This document shows positions 12,801 through 25,928 of a stretch of DNA of 64,000 nucleotides, piece by piece. Within the stretch, counting starts at the first letter, position 1. Each line of letters begins with the position of its first letter. The DNA comes from Lytechinus pictus. Lineage: Eukaryota. The notes beneath the pieces are model-generated. The model worked only from the letters and a program-made list of their open reading frames with translations. It was not told the origin of the DNA and ran no database searches. The position numbers were made by a program, and so were the translations under genes. Location: assembly GCF_037042905.1 (NCBI RefSeq), contig NC_087250.1, positions 26,848,001 through 26,912,000 of the forward strand, written 5' to 3'.

Positions 12801-15800
12801 TGTAAGCTAAGAGCCACTTTAAGAACGAGTAGTGAACCTTTCTTATGCGTTAAATAACCACCAATGAACATTTAATGGTGAATATCATTTACCACAAGAA
12901 AGGATCACCAGTCGTCTTAATAAATTCACTCTTAAAAACTTACAAACAGCTTTTAGAAACGAACCCAGGTCTGTAAAAACTTTTAAAAACACAGATGCCG
13001 TTTCAATTTCTGAGTGAGAGGGCCTCATTCAGTCAGACCCCTGACTTGAGTGAAGGGTCTGCACAGCAGACTAGGTGAGTTATGATTGATCTGATCAACC
13101 TCAACTATATTGAAATCCATCCATACCATGATTTTTTCTACAGGAATTTAGCTCAATCTCCTTAATAGTTAACACAGAGAATCACACTTAATCTTTAAGA
13201 GGACAATGGATAAATGGATGAATATACATAATATCAAGAAAATATTCTGAACAAATTTGGATTTTAGATGTTGCTGGCTTTCCATTGTTGTGGTTGATCA
13301 GATCAATCGTAACTCTTTGTAAGATGGGGCCCTGGGCCCCTGTTTTACAAAGTGTTGCAATTGATCCAATCAATCGTAACTCTATGGAAATCCATCAGTT
13401 TCATAATTTGTTTTACAGGAAATTTGCAAAATGTCCTATGTTAACAAAGGAGAACACACCAAATTGTCAAGAAATCAATGAATTAATGGATATACATTCA
13501 TATCTAGAATTTATTTATTAACAAACGTGCATTTTATATGTTGACTTTGCTGGCTTTCCATAGTTGTGGTTGATCGGATCAATCGCAACTATTTGTAAGA
13601 TGGTGACCAGGGCCCCGTTGTACAAAGAGTAACGATTGATCCAATCAATCGTAACTATGGCAAACCAGCAAAGTCAACATACGAAATGCATGTTTGTTCA
13701 AAAAAAATTCTAGATATGAATGCATATCCATAAATTCACTGATTTCTTGACAATTTGGGGTGTTCTCCTTTGATTACAAAGGACATTTTGCAAATTTCCT
13801 GTAGAAAAAATTATGACACTGATGGATTTTCATGGAGTTACGATTGAGCGGATCAATCATAACTCTTTGTAAGACGGGGCCCTTATTTGACATTGACTCA
13901 CACTCCCTTTTTGTTGTTACTTTGATAGAATACCCCCCTCATATGAGGCCAAATGGAGGAATCCGAGGTGGCGCCGGGGGCAGGATGAGACCATCTGGAG
14001 CTAAACCTCCCACGCCTGGAGGGGGACAGAGTTCAGGTATGTTTGGTAAATTGGTGATCCTATCTTGTGGTAAATGGTATATTCATTGGCGATGGTTTAG
14101 CGCGTAAGAAAGGATCACCAGTCGTTCTTAAAGTCGCTCTTAACTTACGAAAAGCTTTATGAAACGGCCCCCAGGTATGTTGGTAAATTGCCTATTCGTC
14201 CAGTCATCACATGATCTACCTTCATTTATTCTAATGCCATTCAGTTCATCACCATTTCATCTAATGACCATTTGGTCCAATAACCATTTGGTCCAATCAT
14301 CACTTTGTCTCATAACCAGTCTAATATTCATTTTATTTTCATTCATTTCCCCAATTAACACTTAGTCCAATTAGACCAAATGGTATATCCATGGCTTTTG
14401 GACCAACTGGTTATTAGACAAAATAACGAGTGGACGAAATGGCAATTAGTCCATGTGGATAGTGGATGAATTGACGGTAGACCAAATGATAGTAGATGAG
14501 TTGGTAATTGGACAATTGACATTAGAGCAATTGATAATAAACCTGGTATGTTAAAGCATCCTGCCATTGACAAATCATGGGGAAATTGAATCAATATGAA
14601 ATTTGCAAAAGGCCAATTGACTTGCATAATATAATCCATCTGTCATGAGAGCCAGTCGGACTAATGCGATAAAAGTTCGGACAGCACAAATTTGACCGAA
14701 CTTGTGATCGTTATTTACTTTGGGTTGTTCTAGTTTCCCACAATCCCAATTTCTAGACTCTTAGGTCTATTGATTGCTAAACCAAAATAAATATCCTCTG
14801 TGAAGTTACATGTACATGTTTCATAGGGAAAACTTGCAGTTTACTTCTGATTGGTTAGTATACTAACTATTGCTCTCCTATATTAGACCTCCCAGACATG
14901 CCGGCGTCTATTACATAATACCCCCAGGCATGCAGCTGAGTGAAAATGTTTTGAGATTGGCCTTGATTTCCCCATGATTTGTCAATGGTAGGTCGCTTTT
15001 ACCCATACAGGGCTCCGTTGCATAAAAGTTACTTACTATAGTAACTTTTCCCTCCAATAGTCTAGTTACCATGGTAACAATGCTAATCAGCCAATTAGAA
15101 TCAAGGATTTCAGGGAAGTTACCATTGCTGTCCAATTAAAGGTCAAGTCCACCCCAGGATAATGTTGATTTGAATCAATAGAGAAAAAATCAAATGAGCA
15201 TAATGCTGAAAATGTCATCAAAATCAGATGTAAAATAGAAAGACATGACATTTTAAAGTTTTGCATATTTTTCCATGACATTGGACTTTATATTCATAGT
15301 GATATATACCAATGACTCAATGACGTCATTCACTCACAATTTATTTAATTTTTTTTCATTGCTTGAATTATATATTAGATTTTCTAGACAATGAAGACCT
15401 TGATTGAACCACAAAATGTAAAAACAATGGTAATTCCACACGATCAGAGAGGAATAAAACCATTTTTCACATGACAATGAGGAGAAAACTTAAACAATGG
15501 TAATTCCACACGATCAGAGAGGAATAAAACCATTTTTCACATGACAATGAGGAGAAAACTTAAGTAAGACCCACCTGTGCAGTTAATCTTGAACATTATA
15601 ATTCTGTTGATTGTTTGTTCTGAATTTCTTTGTAGGTGGGGTCGATCCGTCGAATTTCATGGGTCAACAGTCACAGGAGTCGAAAGGGAGAGGCATGATG
15701 GGTACTGTACTTCCTGTTTATGCTGTTGGTATCTTCATCTATTTTGGCTATGTGATCTATAAGGTAAGGTTCGTCTTATAGAGTTTGTATTCCTAGAGAG

Positions 15801-18800
15801 TATTCAGAAAGCTCTTCAGGGGAGTATATCATGAAACTAAAACTAACTGATTTTCACTGACTGATTTGCTTTCAACCAATCAGATTGTGCAGAAGCTTAT
15901 AAAATATGTTGGAGAACATCAGTGACAATTCATGAAACACCCCCCTCTGAGTAGCATTTGAAATGAATGTAGGTTAAAAGCCGAAGGCACTGTTGATTTA
16001 TCCCTAAAAGGGTGGGTGGAGGGAGGGAGGGAGGGGTGGCTTGGGGAAAGGTATAGGTCAGGACAGGGGCTCTCAAACTTTTTCTTTGATGGGCCAGATG
16101 AGACTCCAAGTAAACCTGAAAGGGCCAGGGGGAAGTGAATACTTAGAACAAAAATGTGCACGAAGCGCAAAGACCCCTGCGGTTGGGGTCCTAGATGCTC
16201 TCTTGTGCAATCTGGCCCTTATTTTGGGAGCATTTAATCCAACAAATTTATAATAGTTTCATATGGAACGCAGGCAAAATGAGAAAAGATTTCAAATACA
16301 GCGAGAGTCAATATTAATGATAAAAAAATTGTAGTACTTTGTTAAAAGGAATCTAGGTTGCACCTATACATACCTGGTATTGGGGAGGCAAATAATGTCT
16401 TGAACTTTGAAGTATCAATATTTTTTGTAGTCAAAGTAGAATGAATAATAGAGCATGTCCGTTGTAGACTCTAACAAGGATGCAGTCTCCGAGTCACTTT
16501 CAATATGGGAAAAGTGACACTGTCTGTCAGCAACAAGCTGTTTGAAACTTGACACGAAAGGTGTAATTGCCAGAGGAAGGCACTGGTGCAAATGTTCACT
16601 GGTCAAGCAGGGGCTGCGGAAGCGGGAGGGAGGGGGGGGGGGGGGGGCTTCAGGCCCCCCCACTTTTTTTCCAAAAACGTACAAAATAATGACCATATGA
16701 TTGTTATTTTTTGCATGCCAGCCCCCCCCCCCCATTTTGGAAACCGTTCCGCGGCCCCTGTCAAGAACATAAGTAAATTGGATTTGACAATTTAAAGCAC
16801 TGTCAAGATTTTAGGAAATGATTCAAAATTCTACTAAAATGAATACCTTTGCAATTAAAAAGCAATATAAATACATTGTTGCTGTAATCACAGCCGCTGG
16901 AACAGAGAGAAACATCAATGTGTGCTGATCTTTCTTCATGCTAATTACTACCTATATCCTAGCCAATATATATTGGCTTTGACTAAGGCTGTAATTACAG
17001 CACATTTAGGCCCTAAAATATACCTGACTATGGCTGTAATAACAGCATATTGCAGTTCCCTCCAATTTTGCTATAATTCCAGCGCATTTAGGCAAAAAAA
17101 ATGCAACTGACTTTGGCTGTAATTACAGCGGATTGTAGCCTACTCTGATTTGGCTGTAATTACAGCGCATTGTAGCCTACTCTGATTTTGCTGTAATTAC
17201 AGCGCATTGTAGCCTACTCTGATTTGGCTGAATTTACAGCGCATTTCTGACCCCCCCCCCCCCCCCCAAAAAAAAAAAAAAAAAAAAAACTGACTTTGGC
17301 TGTAAATACAGCGTAGTGTAGCCTAAGAATATGCAGGACTAGATCTACTTTGATTTGGCTGAAATTTCAGCGCATTTTGGCCAAGAAGTATAACTGACTC
17401 TGGCTGTAATTACAGCGTATTTTAGCCTACATGTAAGTATGTGCTGCCTTCAGGATCTACTCTGATTTGGCTGATATTACAGCACATTTCTGGCCAAAAA
17501 ATATAACCGACTTTGGCTGTAATTACAGCGTATTGTAGCTTACTCTGATTTGGCTGTAATTCCAGCACACAATAATCAGAATAAGCTACAATCTGCTGTA
17601 ATTACAGCCAAAGTCAGTTATATTTTTTGGACCAGAATGCGCTGTAATTTCAGCAAGATCATAGTAGATCTAGTCCTGCATATTCTTATGCTACAATCTG
17701 CTATAATTACAGCCCAAGTCAGTTATTTTTTTGGCCAGAAATGCGCTGTAATTACAGCCAAAGTCAGTTGCATTTTTTTTGCCTAAATGCGCTGGAATTA
17801 TAGCAAAATTGGAGGGAACTGCAATATGCTGTTATTACAGCCATAGTCAGGTATATTTTAGGGCCTAAATGTGCTGTAATTACAGCCTTAGTCAAAGCCA
17901 ATATATCTTGGCTAGGATATAGGTAGTGCTTAGCATGAAGAAAGATCAGCACACATTGATGTTTCTCTCTGTTCCAGCGGCTGTGATTACAGCAACAATG
18001 TATTTATATTGCTTTTTAATTGCAAAGGTATTCATTTTAGTAGAATTGTGAATCATTTCCTAAAAACTTGACAGTGCTTTAAATTGTCAAATCCAATTTA
18101 CAACTGTTCAAGGTACTTCGGTATGCGTTAGTTCTTTAAAATGTTCATTGTCGAAAATGCACTTTCGCACCTGCATATGTAAGTTAGATCCAAACATGGT
18201 GAGAACAGCGCTGGTCATCTAATAAGAAAGTAGATAAAAAAGACTCGACTAAACTTTGTTTAATAGTCAAATTAGGCTGCCATTACTTTTATTACGGTTA
18301 GGTCTACATGGATACACAATTTAATCATATTGAGCTGTTTCATATTGTGACTTAAAAGTGATTTAAAAAAAAATTCAGCAGAGTCTCGCGGGCCGGATTG
18401 AGAAGCTCCGCGGGCTGGATCCGGCCCGCTTGCCGTAGTTTGAGAACCCCTGGTATAGGTCATTCAACGTAATAGATTTTGGTTATAATTTATTAAAAGT
18501 AGGATAGTAAACAAATATATCAGGCGTTTCCTTCGAAGCATAATGGGAATTATTAATCCTCACGGTTGGACTGGCAAAACTACTACATTTTGCTCGGGGC
18601 TTCGCCCCTCGGGAAAAATAGTCATTGGCAGACCAACCTCAGACAAAAAATTCCTGCTATACTTACTCCAATCTTGGTATATTTGTATATTATAAAATAA
18701 GACACACTGAATGAGAAAGGACAGACTATTTCTTTGATAATAGGTTTTCCTGCGTGACAAGCCGTCCACCCCATCCAGCAGACCAACCTGGTCATACCCC

Positions 18801-21800
18801 GATGACATCACTCAGCAAGAAGGACCAACCCTCCAGAGACAGCAACAAGAGAACCTACAACGTAAACTAGCAGCAGAACTAAAGGCTGCTAACTATGCCG
18901 AGTTGAAGAAGAGTGATCGGAGAGCTGCTGAGGCCGCCGCTACTGCTGCTGCTGCGGCAGCGATGGGAGAGATAGCGCACCCTCCGGCGCCTGGTGAGTA
19001 GCTAGGGGGAGAGGTTACTTGAGTTACGCTGCATAAATGTCTCGATCACCAGAGGAAAATTTGATGTAATAATAAACACAGTATTTATTATGTGCCATCA
19101 GTCTAGTGAACTTTTATTATTTATTTCATTTATTGGTATATGCACATATATATTGACAAGCAGGAGGGCTGAAAGGGTCAATTTACAAAATCAATACAAA
19201 GTACACCAAAAAAAACAAGTACAGTAAATATATTTTTGGCCTAATATAATTTGGCATAACATAATTTTTTGGTCAAAGGCAAATAGGCAAAGGGGGGTGG
19301 GGGAGCTAGGGAATTACACAATAATGCTTGCTTTAAATGTATGGATGCATGAACAGATCAAATTAGCTAACAATATTTCATTAAAAATGATACCTTTTCA
19401 AATTCTTCAAGCAAGTCTGCTATTTTTAATTAATGTTTTCATCATTATCTTTTGATGTCAAGGTTCGTGACTAATACAGTTATTTCTGTTTCAAAAATTA
19501 TATTTTCCCTTTTCTGAAAACCTGCAATTCCATTTCAACCTTGATCTAAAATGGAAATTTGGGTTTTTGGTAAAAATGTTCACTGAAAAACCATGAATTA
19601 CATTCTGCAGACTAAAAAATTCAATGCATTTTCATATAAAGTATTGGTGACAGAAAGATTTCAAGAAAGTAGTTACATACTGTATGATTACAAAAGTAAG
19701 TGGTATAGAGCGTGATCGGTTCATCACGGACGGACATTTGATAGATTTTGAAAACTTTGAAGGCTTGTAACAAATTAGGAATAAGATGAACATGGTTCCT
19801 TTGTGTTTTATAGTGAAGGGTAGGACAAAGTATGCTGAATGATGAAAAAAGTTTGTTGCCATGGTTACCTACAAACATAGGTAGCCACTAAATGTGCCAT
19901 ATCACGGACGGACATGATAGAAATGTGGTTTTCAGAATTTTTGAACATTTTTATTGTTTCTATCTAAATAGCTTAACTTTGACCAATAATTGTTAATGCA
20001 ACTTACACTCAGGTATGTTAGCTTCTATGTTCAGCATATTGAATTCTTAACCAATATCAAACTTCTGAGAGAATTGCAAATATTTTCCATCTCGGACGGA
20101 CATCTCGGACGGACATCACGGACGGACACAATTAAAATACATTGGAAGTACCTTGTAAGAAGTTCTTATTACTTGTTTGGGGGAACAAATGCTATTATAT
20201 TGATGATTTGTACATTTTTAAATATAATTAAACAACATTAGTTGCACAATCAAGTTGCTACAACTTCAGTCAAGTTGCTACAACTTGATTTAAGTTGTAG
20301 CAACATGATTTCTATGCTAGACACACAAAATAATCTAGCTATATGATTGCTTTTAAACACAGTTCTTTTCAAATCAAACATCCTAATGCACATTGTCTTC
20401 TTTTCAATTTATACCGTGTTTACACTAAATCGGCATTTGGTTCAGAACCAAAAGCCGATGCAGAATCGGCTTTTGGTTTGCGTTTACACGTTGTTACAGC
20501 TCGCGGTTCAGAACCGCGAGCCGATGCAAAAACCTGAAATGATACGCACACCAACAATATACGTCATAATAAAGACAACGCTGGATCAGTGCGCTAACAA
20601 TTACGTCACAATGGTAAAGTTAATGAAATGCGCACAAATTGCTGATGCAGAATCGGCTTTCTGTTTACACGTAGTGAAAAAGCCAATTCTGCATCTGCTC
20701 GCGGTTCAGAACCTACTACTTTGGTGGTGCAAATTGCCGGTTCTGAACCGCGAGCCGATGCAAGTTACTCGCGTTTACACGCTATGAAAAAGCCGATGCT
20801 GCATCGGCTCGCGGTTCAGAACCGCGAGCCCATTCAAATGCCGATTAAGTGTAAACACTGTATTAGAGAATACTATAGTTGGTACCAAATCAACATCCAG
20901 TGGATCAATGATCATGTTGATACTTTTTATGATATATCATGATGATACATGTTCATACATTTTTAGGCATAAATTTTTGATGAGCACATATTTTTTTTAA
21001 TGTCCATTAAATAAATCCAAAAGATTCACAGGTTGCTGATCATTATGCTTGTTTGGTGGATCAAGTATGACCACAACACTTGTCCAGGCTCTCTTCAAAT
21101 TAATCTTTTGTCCATATTAAAGTGGAGACACCCCTTCACATCAACAGCCCTCATGTATTTAGGCCCTGACCGAATCCAAAATTGAAATCAAATACCAATT
21201 AAACTTGTAAACACTGCAGTGCAAGATTTATATGAATTGTATGCATTTTCAGATTACCAGATCAGCAATTTGCTCGAAATTAGCTCCAAAATGGACTTTA
21301 AAAAAAAGAATTCTTGTACTTTTCACAAGCCTCAAGGACGTGATGTCATGTTCTGTTTAGTAGAAGCATTGTGAATCCATGGGTTTGTACATGGATTTTT
21401 TTTTTTTTCTGCTTATCAGAATATGCATTCTACTTTCTTCCTTTCCATCACTTTCTGCAAGCTTCAATTGATGAAATATACAGCTTTTGACTTATTCTTG
21501 CTCTATTTCATTTCCTGCTTTTTGGCATACATGTAGCTTCCAACTCTATCTGCATTCCAATTATGGTTTAAAAAAATTCCTGACAACAATTAAGCCCCAA
21601 TAACAGCCAAAGAAAGATTTCAAAAAAAATTGTGAAGAGTTGTAGGTTTCCATCCATTTGAGTTTTGAATAATTCTCAGTACCATTTTTCACTGCAAATT
21701 GGAACTAAAATTAAATTCATAATCTGCTCAGTATTTGCTCATTGTCTGTCCGTGATGAAATTAATGTCCGTCTGCGATTATTTTGATTTATGATATGGAT

Positions 21801-24800
21801 AAAATGTATGGATTTTTAATAGCTATATTCAAATGAAAGGATGTACAGTGTCTAGTGAGATGCTTCTACACACTTATATTTTTGCTTCTATTCTGATAAA
21901 GAATAAAAAGCTGAATCCATACATATTATCCATATCATAAACTCAATAAAAATGATCACGGATGGACATTAATTTCATCACGGACGGAAATTTCAAAATG
22001 GAATGTTAACATCTAACAGAAAAATTTACTTCCCATATTTTTTCTACTAATTTATGTTTGATGATAGATTAATGTTCAGAGTACAAGAAAATCCAAACCA
22101 AATTGGAGTAACTTTGAAAACAATAAAACTAGAGTGAATTGAATTTGAGTGAATTTACATTGTCCGTCCGTGATGAAATTAATGTCCGTCCGTGATCATT
22201 TTTGATTGAGTTTATGATATGGATAAAATGTATGGATTTCAGCTATGTTCAAATAAAATGATGTACAGTGTTTAGTGAGATACCTCTACACCTTTTTATT
22301 TTTTAGTTCTATTCTGATAAAAAATAAAAAAACTTTTTATATTTTTTTTCATCACGGACGGAAATTTCAAAATGGAAATGTTCACACCTACCAAAAAAAA
22401 TTACTTCCCAATATTTTTTTCCTACTAATTTATGTTTGATAATAGATTAATGTTCAGAGTGCAAGAACAACTAAACCAAATTGGAATAACTTTAAAAACA
22501 ATAAAACTAGAGAGAATTTAATTTGAGTAAAAATGTCCGTCCGTGATGAGAGGTAATAGCACCCCCACGAATAAAATGGACTATTCCAGGAATTTCGGAT
22601 TTATCAATCTTCATGAAACTGAGTTCTTTGAAACCTGAGATATCAAAGATTATCTTAAAAGCAATTTTGATAGAAATATCTAAAAAAAAAAAATTCACCT
22701 CAATGCTAACCCTTAACCGATCATGCTCTATACTGTCATTAGGAACAGAAAGAGTAACACTTAGGAATTGACTGAGATAATTTTGTTTGTTATTAGTAGT
22801 TGTAATAATTTATTAATAGTTGTTAATTTATTCATGCTTCTATCCTTACCATAGCACTTCGTAACATATGTATAAAACACTCTATAAATTAGTTGTAATG
22901 ATTTATTAATAGTTGTTATTTTATTCATGCTTCTATCCTTACCTTAGCACTTCGTAACATATGTATAAAACACTCTATAAATTAGTTGTAATGATTTATT
23001 AATAGTTATTATTTTATTCATGCTTCTATCCTTACCTTAGCACTTCGTAACATATGTATAAAACACTCTATAAATTAGTTGTAATGATTTATTAATAGTT
23101 GTTATTTTATTCATGCTTCTATCCTTACCTTAGCACTTCGTAACATATGTATAAAACACTCTATAAATTCTGTGTATTATTATTATTATTATTGTTATCA
23201 TTAAGCACTGTATAAAAGCGGAATATTATTAACAGTTAATATAATATACTGTACGATTGACTGTTTAATGGAATATATTATTGTGTATTTAATCACAGGT
23301 TCCAATGAAGAAGTTGATATGCTGAAGAAACGTTTAGAAGAGACAGAGAAAACAATGCAACGAATGATGGATATGATGAACTCTATGGGCGTAGCTATGA
23401 GCCAAGTTTCTCAACATCTTTGTAAGTTTTTATCAAATAAGCATTGACATTTATTTACCCTTCCTGCAACTTATATTTGAAAATATTCCTTAAATGTGAT
23501 GTAAAATAATAATAATAGCTGGATTTTAAAGCGCTTTTTGCCGGCAGATACAAAGCACTGCTATTACTTCCCCGGCTTTGGCTCGAGCTACCATCACCGG
23601 TGCTCAGTTGATGCAAGGAATTAATCCTGCCGGGTGCCTATTCACCTCACCTGGATCGAGTGCAGCACAGTGTGGATAAATTTCTTGCTGAAGGAAAACA
23701 CGCCATGGCTAGAAATCGAACCCAGTTCCCTGAGATTGAAAGATGAGAGTCATAACCACTAGACTACGATGCTCCCCTTCTACTGTGCGTATCAAAAAAA
23801 AGTTTACACTTAGAAAAAAATCCTGTAAAATTATACGTTTGTAATATCCTGAAGATTTTTCCACATTTTAACATTGGTACAGATCAATTTAAGCAAATGA
23901 CGATGTAACTATCGAAAAATATTTCCGCTTGAGTGAGCACCACTTACTTTTGAAAAGTTAGTGGAAAATGATTTGCGCAGAACTTTGAAATAGTTATGCG
24001 AATAAAAGTAGACCTTAATCATGAAGAACACGTTGAATTTAACTAGTAAAATTGATTTGAAGATATCTTTTACCTTTTTTAACTTGTTTCTTTTCCCAAA
24101 ACACTTCGAAGAGTGCATTGCGCCCCACCCCATTTCCCCACACACCGAGGCCCTCGTGACGATATTTGCTTTACACTGAGCTGTGATTTACATGAAATGG
24201 CTTAGGCTTGATTTTCATTTTGTTAATCATTGTCAAGCTTGGAAAAGGTGTGGAGAAACAAGTATTAAATGAAAAATGACATGTAAACCCACTTTAAATG
24301 ATAAAAACTTAGTTAAAAATGCTGGAGATATCTGATATAAACTTTTGTTCAGATTTAGTTATGTCCTCAGATCCAGCTGGCACAAAAAAAGGGTAAAGGT
24401 TGTGTTTATTAAGTGTTTAAATTTCAATTTAGGTGGCAAAATTGTTACAAAATGCTTGAATGTATCCATTTATTACAATTGACAAAAAGTGCTATGGGAA
24501 ATGTATGAGAAATGTTTCGCAGGGTAAGTTTGATTTCGCACTTTCCCCTTGACACAGCATGAAAACAAGCATTTCTGCGCAAACAGATTTCTGCGAGCTT
24601 TACAAAAATGGACAATGCTCACTCAAGTGTAACATTCTGTCAAAACTTATACTTTCATTGGATAGATGAGACCCAAACCCAAGATTATATGTGGAAAAAA
24701 TACCCACATGTTGTATATTTTTTAATTCCCAGGGCTTTTTCAAAGTGTAAACTTTTTTTTGATTCGCACTGTAGTGTGTTCAAACAAAAGTTGAATGTAT

Positions 24801-25256
24801 ATTCTTCAACCAACACAAATGATTATCAATGTTTTTGTTTTGATTTATCTTACAGCAAGTGAGAAGTCTGCATCGCCTACCATGATGCCCGACTTCAATG
24901 ACCCCAGATTAACCAAGGGCGCGGACAACGAAGATGACCTCCTCGACATCGATGTCGACGACCTCAGTGACGAAGAAGACCTCATCATCGGCGACAGCAT
25001 GGATCCCTGTGGCAGTTCGGACGATGAAAACGATGTCGGCACGAAGAGGGATGATATGGGTGACGATGTGGATAGGAGACGGCCAAACAAGATGAACATT
25101 GTTGATGTGGAGGCGGATGATTACCATGACGACGACGACGATGGGGATGTTGATAGTGATGATGAGTCTGAAGTTGAGAACATCGGAGTAGAGGATGTTT
25201 TGACATCAGACACGCTAAGACGGAGGAATGTTAAAGGGGACGGAATAGAAGGTTGA
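6741..25256 (+). CDS. RIC3: RIC-3 acetylcholine receptor chaperone, 6 coding exons: join(6741..6882,13929..14036,15636..15763,18744..18993,23299..23421,24856..25256), 383 aa
   Basis: Exons total 1152 nt, all introns are GT-AG with matching phases (1,1,0,1,1) and there are no internal stops. Architecture is an N-terminal hydrophobic segment, Pro/Gly linker, TM motif GRGMMGTVLPVYAVGIFIYFGYVIYK, coiled coil LKKRLEETEKTMQRMM and acidic tail, which is the RIC-3 signature. Confidence 0.92.
7225..9965. repeat. GA-rich low-complexity tract, interrupted by the 7913-9697 element
   Basis: Polypurine sequence at 7225-7912 and 9698-9965. Confidence 0.85.
7913..9697. mobile_element. Non-autonomous DNA transposon, P-element-like
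   Basis: TIR caaggctcgacatta / taatgtggagccttg, 7-bp TSD aataaaa, subterminal gggccacc repeats; splits a GA-rich tract. Confidence 0.8.
10021..11499. mobile_element. Helentron-associated (HINE)-like element
   Basis: ttaggtggtctgtcatga at the left; its inverted copy at 11482-11499 is part of a terminal stem-loop. Confidence 0.6.
11853..12633. mobile_element. Non-autonomous TIR element, hAT-like ends
   Basis: TIR tagggacagtgatt / aatcactgtcccta, 6-bp direct repeat tatgtg, subterminal aacggaa repeats. Confidence 0.75.
13070..13882. mobile_element. Three abutting ~270-bp Harbinger-like MITEs
   Basis: TIR ggccccgtcttacaaagagttacgattgatc; junctions ggcc-ctg-ggcc and gacc-ag-ggcc; the family recurs at 29091-29589, 30027-30285, 53572-53843 and 60414-60690. 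Confidence 0.8.
13929..14036 (+). CDS. RIC3: RIC3 exon 2 (EYPPHMRPNGGIRGGAGGRMRPSGAKPPTPGG, Pro/Gly-rich)
   Basis: Acceptor ttactttgatag, donor G|gtatgt, 108 nt, phase 1-1. Confidence 0.85.
15136..15563. mobile_element. Truncated Kolobok-like MITE ending in a 70-bp tandem duplication (15422-15563)
   Basis: Left end ttaa|aggtcaagtccacccc; two identical 70-nt units. Confidence 0.7.
15636..15763 (+). CDS. RIC3: RIC3 exon 3 (transmembrane segment)
   Basis: Acceptor tttctttgtag, donor AAG|gtaagg; encodes the conserved RIC-3 TM motif. Confidence 0.92.
16608..16760. mobile_element. Small nested MITE
   Basis: TIR caggggctgcggaa / ttccgcggcccctg, 5-bp TSD tcaag. Confidence 0.75.
16773..18101. repeat. 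Foldback: ~360-bp near-perfect inverted arms plus internal GCTGTAATTACAGC subrepeats
   Basis: 16773-17135 is the reverse complement of about 17740-18101; mirror ORFs 16922+ and 17952- are nearly identical. Confidence 0.92.
18744..18993 (+). CDS. RIC3: RIC3 exon 4 (VFLRDKPSTP...QENLQRKLAAELK...AAAAAMGEIAHPPAP)
   Basis: Acceptor tttgataatag, donor G|gtgagt, open 250 nt, phase 0-1. Confidence 0.85.
19706..22730. mobile_element. 3-kb non-autonomous TIR element with many (tc)acggacgga subrepeats
   Basis: TIR tagagcgtgatcggtt / aaccgatcatgctcta, TA on both flanks; superfamily not assigned. Confidence 0.65.
20411..20863. mobile_element. Nested palindromic MITE
   Basis: TIR gtgtttacactaaatcggcatttg / caaatgccgattaagtgtaaacac; repeated gctcgcggttcagaaccgcgagc hairpins. 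Confidence 0.75.
22797..23169. repeat. 93-bp tandem repeat x4
   Basis: cactctataaa recurs at 22878, 22971, 23064 and 23157. Confidence 0.92.
23299..23421 (+). CDS. RIC3: RIC3 exon 5 (coiled coil)
   Basis: Acceptor aatcacag, donor T|gtaagt, 123 nt, phase 1-1; SNEEVDMLKKRLEETEKTMQRMMDMM. Confidence 0.9.
23510..23777 (-). mobile_element. tRNA-derived SINE
   Basis: A box tagtctagtgg, B box ggttcgattt, body shared with the 46330-46610 copy, (TTA)n tail. Confidence 0.8.
23783..24771. mobile_element. Tc1/mariner-like non-autonomous element
   Basis: TA TSD; TIR ctgtgcgtatcaaaaaaaagtttacactt / aagtgtaaactttttttttgattcgcactg. Confidence 0.82.
24856..25256 (+). CDS. RIC3: RIC3 terminal coding exon (acidic C-terminus)
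   Basis: Acceptor ttatcttacag; in frame with ORF 24795..25256; D/E-rich; TGA at 25254-25256. Confidence 0.85.
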
Positions 25257-25928
25257 TCTTCTCTTTTTATGTAACCAAGTGATTTTATGCCATGTTAAAT
25301 TATTTTTTACTGTAAATAATACATGTACATTACATGTGTGTACATTATTTATAGTGTATGTACATACAGTTGGTTTGTATAGGGATAGATTTCATGCATT
25401 ACATAATGGTAGTCATAGACTCTTCGCTAGTCATGTCATGAACTTTTAAAATCCAGATAACACTAATACACATGATCAGGGCCCCGTTTCATAGAACTTG
25501 TTGTGGTAACAAATTTGCAATAACAGTTAAAAGCTACTGAAATGCTTCAATCTGATTGGCTGGTAGTAAATTTGTTATGGAATGTTTGCATTTGTTATTA
25601 TAACAAGTCTTAATGAAACAGGAACAATATGTCATCAGGTTGAGGTTTAGAGACGTTATCATTGCATCAATCTTTTATGGAGTGCCAGTGGTAAGCTCAA
25701 GTACAGATCTGTTAAATGCTGCAGTACAATACCATGTATTTTTAAAAAATATCACATTTCCCATGAAATAAGAAGAATAAAAAACAGTATTGAGCACATT
25801 TGGTGCATTCTCTTGATCAGAAAATGACAGAAATGCTGATTTTTAAAAGTTTGAATGACGATAAACCCTTGCATTCCATAGAAGCTTTGACTTGGGTTCA
25901 TGTTAAGTCTGAACTGTACCCTGGTTAA

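Larger units (their letters stand above)
16059..18452. mobile_element. hAT-like non-autonomous element with nested insertions
   Basis: caggggctctcaaact / agtttgagaacccctg TIRs, subterminal gcgggccggat motifs, 8-bp direct repeat gtataggt at 16051-16058 and 18453-18460. Confidence 0.78.

Noticed and set aside
20347..20787. 146-aa ORF with repeated LAVQNREPMQ
   Set aside because: Translation of a palindromic MITE's internal repeats
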